Assembly: GCA_044892525.1 (NCBI GenBank) | Contig: CM097885.1 | Location: 53,322,001-53,386,000, forward strand | Reading direction: 5' to 3' | Origin: Schmidtea polychroa | Taxonomy: Eukaryota | DNA length: 64,000 nucleotides | Shown here: piece after piece, positions 59,056 through 64,000 of the stretch | Layout: each line of letters begins with the position of its first letter | Position numbering within the stretch: position 1 is the stretch's first letter | Notes under the pieces: generated by a model | Told to the model about the DNA's origin: nothing | Databases searched by the model: none | Seen by the model: only the letters and a program-made list of their open reading frames with translations | Translations under genes and position numbers: made by a program

Positions 59056-61577
59056 CTAATCATACTGGTACTAATACTAATAGTAATAATAATAGTAGTA
59101 ATAATAATAATAATAATAATACCAATAATAATAATAATAATAGTAATAGTAGTAATAATAATAATAATAATAATATAGTAATAATAATAACATTCATAAT
59201 ACTAGGGGTAATGAGAATAATAGTAATAATGATGGTAATATCAACAATAATAACAATAATATTAGGGTTAATAATAATAATACTAGTAGTATAATTTTAT
59301 ATGGTACAATTCGAAGTTTATATTTCCCATTTTAGAGGTTCCTATTCTATGATTTAGGAAGTTACTTTTTGTAATTTACAAATTTCTGTTTCTAATTTAA
59401 AATTTTCTATTTTCCAATTTATAAATTTGTAATTTCTAATTATATATATTATAGTCTGTAATTTAATCATTTATGACTTTATATTTTATATTTTATAATT
59501 TTATATTTTATACTTTATAATTTTATACTTTACAATTTATAATTTTATATTTCGTAATTTATAAATTTATATTTTATAATTGCCAATTTTATATTTTATA
59601 ATTTATAGTTTTTTAATTTTTTCAATTCATAAGTTTATATTCTATAAATTCTAATTCTATATTTTATAATTTTATTTATGAGTTTGTACTTTGAAATTTT
59701 TTCGTTTTCTATTTCTACAATTTGTCACTTTATTACTTCACCACTCGTCATTTCAGAATTCAGGGATTATAATTTTATATTCGACTCGTGTACTTCTTTA
59801 CGAGTACCCCTTTTTTATCAACATTGTCTTCCGAAATTATTTGCAGATTTCTTGGTACTATTAGGTTATAATTTCAGAATATTGACGAATATACAGTCTA
59901 TACATAACTAGTTCTAAGTTAATTGATCCTTATGCTAAAATTTATCTACTACTATCCCCATCTAAAATTTGTTATCAAGACTTCTCCATTACCAATTTAT
60001 AGTTTCAGGGTCGGTATGCTTTATATCTGAAATCTTATAATTATCTACAACTTGCATTTTGATTATAATTAGTAAATTTTGTAATAAGTACTTATATCTT
60101 TATAAATTTTTAAGATGGCGCTTGTAATTTAGTCGGTTAGCTTTGTAATATCTATAGGTAGACTGAATTTATTCACATAGTAATTAATCTCGAATTCCCA
60201 ACTAGATGAAGTTATACCTACACCTATGCCGGACACTATATCATTTCTATTACTTTGAGTTACTATAAATTCCTATTACCAAAACCGGATTCGGCATATG
60301 TTTAAGTACAACTGGAATTGCTATTATTGATCAACCGACTTCATTAAGGTGATTGTAGAATTGTGTAAGATTAGGTATGAGTTCTACTCAGATTAAGACC
60401 TTATTGTAGAGATATTTGACATGGATTTTTAATGTTGATTTTAAATTTGTATTACGTGCAAGGTCGGGAAGAATATTGCTTCCATGGCCCCACTGTGACC
60501 ACTTCCACAAACCTTAGTGTTGAGTTTTGAGTCAACCATTTACGGTCGACCTTACATAAATACAAAGAGTCAGGCGGAGGGTTTCCTCGACCTAACTCCA
60601 TGGCAGGACCATGAAGTAGTTCGACCTCCGAACTGACCCGAACAAAAAAAAGTGTTATAGATAATCATAATGCATGTGTGCATGAGAAATCGAATTTAAA
60701 ATTATATGCAGGACCGATCAGAGACGTACTCGGACGCCGCTGATCCGTCGAGAATTACTAAACATAAAATCTTAAAAATATTTTTAATAGATAAAAGGTC
60801 GATATTAATATAATAACATAAAATTACAACAAATCAAAAGGCTTACTAATGATTCTCCAAAAAAATTTTTCAGCAAAATATTGGCATAAAGATTGATTTA
60901 TGACCGAAACGTGTCGGTATATATACCTATTTTGTACACGTGTATGTATTGATGCATTAAAACAAACTCGAATTCTTTTTATTCCAGAATTTTCTATTTA
61001 GCGATTTTGCTATTTTTAATGACAATTTTTGTGCCATAATTTTTGTTTTTATTTTTATATTTTTATTTTTTAATTATTTTTCGTTAATTTGCCGTCCATG
61101 ATGGATTTGGAACGGTTCCAGAACATTCTATTTTACTTTTAATTTAATTTTTATTTTAACTGATGTTTTGTGAATTTCTTTTTAAGATTTATTATTTTTA
61201 ATACTAATTTATTTATTTTCTCTAACTTTTATTGTTCTAGCTGGCTTTTGTGATGGTCATCGCCATTTTAATGGAATGTTCTGGGTTTTTCTGGAATTTT
61301 TTCGGTTTTTATCGTCTTTTAAGTTGTTCGAGTCTGTTTTATGCTTATCTGTGTTTATTTGGTTGTTTTTGAGTTCTATTTTTGCATCACTTCTTGCTTT
61401 TGTATAATTTTATTTAATTTCTGTGTTTTAGGTTTTTGTTGCTTTCTCCTTTAGTTAATATTGTTTATTTGATGTAATTTTAATATTTAGCTAAACTTCT
61501 TGCTTTTGCATGTTGTGTACCTACACATTTCGGTCATAATTAGAAGTTTGGGTCTAGAAATCAGTTCTAGCCCAACA

Positions 61578-64000
61578 GACCTAAAAATCCCTGTACTTGT
61601 TGTAATGTTTTTGGAACTGGGAATTTTTTAACTACTTCAATTTTATCGGGATTAGGTATTAACCATCTACTGTAACTATATGTCCCAAGAATAATGCTGA
61701 GGGTTCTGCCCATTTACACTTAGTGGGTTTTATTTTGATTTTGGCTTTTCTTAATCTTTCTAGTACGTTAGCTATATCTTTTAGATGTTCCTCAAATGTT
61801 TTTGATGAAATTAATATATCATCCATGTATACTGCGCAATGTTCTACGTCTACTAATACTGTATTCATTAAACGTTGAAATGTTGCTGGCGCATTAGTTA
61901 ACCCAAAAGGTAATCTTGTTTATTCATATAAACCGTCTTCTATCACAAAAGCTGTCTTTTCCGCATCCCCCTCTTCCATTTGAATTTGCATGTAGCTTTT
62001 ATTTGCATCTATTACTGTGAAATATTTAGTATCTCTAAGTTTATCATATTGTTCTTGTGCTTTTGGGAATGGGTATGAGTCTTTTACTGTTACATCATTT
62101 AATTTACGATAATCAATGCACATTCGAATTTCCCCGTCTTTCTTTCTAACTGGTACGATAGGTGATGCCCATTGTGAAAAACTTTGTTTTATTACGCCTG
62201 CCTCTTTTAATTCTTTAATTTGTCGTTTTATTTCCTCCCTCAGTTTATATGGTACACTATAGGGTCTCTGTTTTATTGGTCTAGCATTCCCTGTATCGAT
62301 TACATGTTTGATAATGTCAGTATCTCCTAAATCAAATTCGTGTTTTGCAAAAACATCACTGTATTCGTCAAGTAATATTTGTAGTTGTAGTTGTTGTGTT
62401 TCGTTTAGATAATTATTATTTATTTTAATTTTATCATAAAATTTGATATTATTCGCTCTACTCTGTTCGACCATTCTTTCACTGACATCCTTCGTCATCG
62501 ACATCTCACATACTTCAAATGTTTGCTCTAATTCACCTTTGAACAACTTTCCCAATTTTGTACCTTTATGAATTTTTACTTTATTTCTTTCGTAATTCGC
62601 GATTCTTATTGGAATTATCCCATTATTTGGAATTACACACTCGTCTGTTAACATTACGTTATGATTTCGTGATATTGCCGTTTCAGGCTCGAAAATGAAA
62701 GTGTCCTCACTTTTAACATTAACTTTTACTGGAATTATATGATCACTTTGATACTCTAGTTCAAATGTCTCTAATGCAATTACCTCAGTAAATCTTGCGT
62801 CTTGATATATTGCCTTCCGTTTGACTGTACTATCCGTTAAATCGATTACACAGTTTTTTAACTTTTTGATTATGTCCATCCCAAGGACACATACGCATTT
62901 ACATTCTGCTACTACCTTGAAGACATGTTCAACCACTTGATCCGAAAAGTGGACTGTTAATTCGATATCTCCTTTTAATGGTATGTAATGTGATGATAAT
63001 GAAATTACTCTATCTCTTGTGCTCACGATATTTTTCTTTTGGTTTCCGGTTAACTGATCTTCACGAATCATAGAAGCTGCTGCTCCTGTGTCACATAATG
63101 CCTTTATTATCGTATCATTTATCACTATTTGTAATTTAGGCCTTGCTTCATTTAACCCTTCTAATATATCGTCAAGTTCTAACCCGTAACATCCATAAGT
63201 TTTCCTTGGAACACCATGACAATTACCATTTTCACCTGGGATTCTTATTTCAATATTATTTCTCAATTCTGTCAATTGTTCTCTTTGATTATCATATAAC
63301 CCAATATGTGGTTGCTCAATATTTTCTGATCTGTTTGTATCGTCCTCTTTTTCATTGGTGATCATTATTTCACCCTCTTCCCTTCGACTTTTCATCCGCT
63401 TGATTTCCTTATCGTGCCTCGCAGTGATCAAATATTTGGCTATGAATGGACATAAACATGCTATCATTTTATATGAATTACCAAAGACTTGTCTCAGTTG
63501 TCTTAACGAAACTAATGATGAGCAAATCATTTTCAATAGTGCTACTGTATAATATATGCCCAGTATAGTGGAAAACGTGTTACCGAGAATCGCAAAATAT
63601 CCCCATATGCTGTATAATACTCTATACACAACTTTCCTAAAGTGCTCTTTTGATAATAATACATCAAAGTTGTAATTCCCTCCATAACTATTTTCGATGA
63701 TTTTGTTTACCATGATAGAAAGAACTTTTTCTTTTTCATGAGGAAATAACATATGTTTTCTGGCGCTCTCTATCGCCTCTCTCGTATACATCCCATTGTT
63801 TTCCATTTCGTTGACTTCCTGAAATTCTAACTTTTTCTCAAGTTCAGTTAGTTCTAGTTTTTGTGGTTTAGTCGCTTCTTTTCTATCTGACATTGTAATC
63901 CACATATCATCATTTATTTTGTATAATGGATCTAATAGATTAGTACATTTATCAATTTTTCTCGGAACATAGTCTTTATCTGTTAATATCCTTGTTATTG
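61578..64000 (-). pseudogene. pol: Older giant Gypsy polyprotein, middle part: Env-like C-terminus/TM, protease, RT (runs off the window)
   Basis: NGMYT..ARKHMLFP..IWGYFAILGNTFSTILGIYY (homologous to 44820-45250); ALCDTGAA; RMCIDYRKLN; YMDD; nonsense codon at 61920 and frameshift near 61660. Confidence 0.92.

Larger units (their letters stand above)
55894..61577 (-). repeat. 5' LTR (5,684 bp including a MITE)
   Basis: Direct repeat of 25312-30551; adjacent to the PBS. Confidence 0.97.

Overview
AT-rich eukaryotic genomic DNA made almost entirely of nested transposable elements; no rRNA, tRNA or CRISPR, and no host gene I can confidently call. The centrepiece is a complete, very young, 36.3-kb Ty3/Gypsy LTR retroelement on the minus strand (25312-61577). 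It has 5.2/5.7-kb LTRs, a 4-bp GACC target-site duplication and a tRNA-Pro primer-binding site. Size and AAT-rich LTRs resemble the giant 'Burro' elements described from planarians (host identity is inference). One uninterrupted ~4,700-aa ORF reads Gag(3 CCHC)-UBL-UBL-MATH-UBL-Bcl-2-like-[signal]-chuvirus-like fusion glycoprotein-TM-protease-RT-RNaseH-integrase-ankyrin-[signal]-ectodomain-TM. So an envelope protein and host death/immune-signalling domains are embedded in-frame in Gag-Pol. Separate accessory genes encode an IAP-type RING, a TRAF, a BIR-BIR-RING IAP, coiled-coil proteins, a membrane protein and LTR-encoded proteins (one with an AT-hook). The element inserted into the RT/RNaseH connection region of an older, divergent giant Gypsy with the same Env-before-protease layout and a DEDDh exonuclease-like accessory gene. 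The left 21 kb holds a hAT element, Tc1/IS630-like and pogo/Tigger elements, a Buster-type hAT, a MULE fragment, MITEs and a 3.9-kb solo LTR of the same giant-Gypsy group. All domain calls come from reading motifs by eye; no searches were run, and internal domain boundaries are approximate.
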